From contig NC_135886.1 of assembly GCF_964194155.1 (NCBI RefSeq), positions 23,436,001 to 23,500,000 of the forward strand: a stretch of 64,000 nt of DNA, in the 5' to 3' direction. Position numbers and translations under genes: made by a program. Below the pieces are notes generated by a model, which was not told where the DNA came from, made no database searches, and worked only from the letters and a program-made list of their open reading frames with translations. The stretch comes from Cetorhinus maximus (Eukaryota). Of the stretch, positions 63,938 to 64,000 are shown in pieces (position 1 is the first letter of the stretch; each line of letters starts with the position of its first letter).

Positions 63938-64000
63938 GAGTGACCATTCAAAAAACACTGGATAATATCACTGCTGACGCTGACCTGTTTCCTGCTGAAA
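63938..64000 (+). CDS. ELAPOR1: ELAPOR1-like exon, truncated by the window end (GVTIQKTLDNITADADLFPAE...)
   Basis: ttcag| acceptor; phase matches the previous exon; similar to recalled human GVTTDMTLDGITSPAELF. Confidence 0.88.

Noticed and set aside
425-64000. Assignment as ELAPOR2 (KIAA1324L)
   Set aside because: Most diagnostic motifs recalled match ELAPOR1. The ELAPOR2-like residues are treated as ancestral, though no phylogeny was run.
1-64000. CRISPR array, prokaryotic operon or viral insert
   Set aside because: No regularly spaced direct repeats or dense intact ORFs; the window is explained by a spliced vertebrate gene and eukaryotic transposable elements.

Overview
Eukaryotic genomic DNA, most likely from a shark or other elasmobranch (inferred from the repeat families). 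The + strand carries 16 consecutive internal coding exons of an ELAPOR1 (KIAA1324/EIG121)-type gene. All have GT-AG boundaries with matching phases; the first coding exon lies upstream and the gene continues past 64000. The introns are packed with transposable elements. The most striking set is PIF/Harbinger: a full-structure but decayed two-gene element (HARBI1-like DDE transposase plus a spliced Myb/SANT partner gene, 22423-26575), several derivatives that lost the transposase but kept the Myb/SANT gene, and many MITEs sharing GGGCAGAATTTT-type TIRs and internal palindromes. Also present are a near full-length CR1 LINE with an esterase ORF1, CR1-like/L2/RTE fragments, two tRNA-derived SINE families, a hAT MITE, Gypsy remnants, Penelope-like terminal repeats with hammerhead-ribozyme motifs, and an unexplained ~1 kb foldback element. 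No prokaryotic features or CRISPR arrays were seen. All calls are by eye, and repeat-family names come from recall, not database searches.
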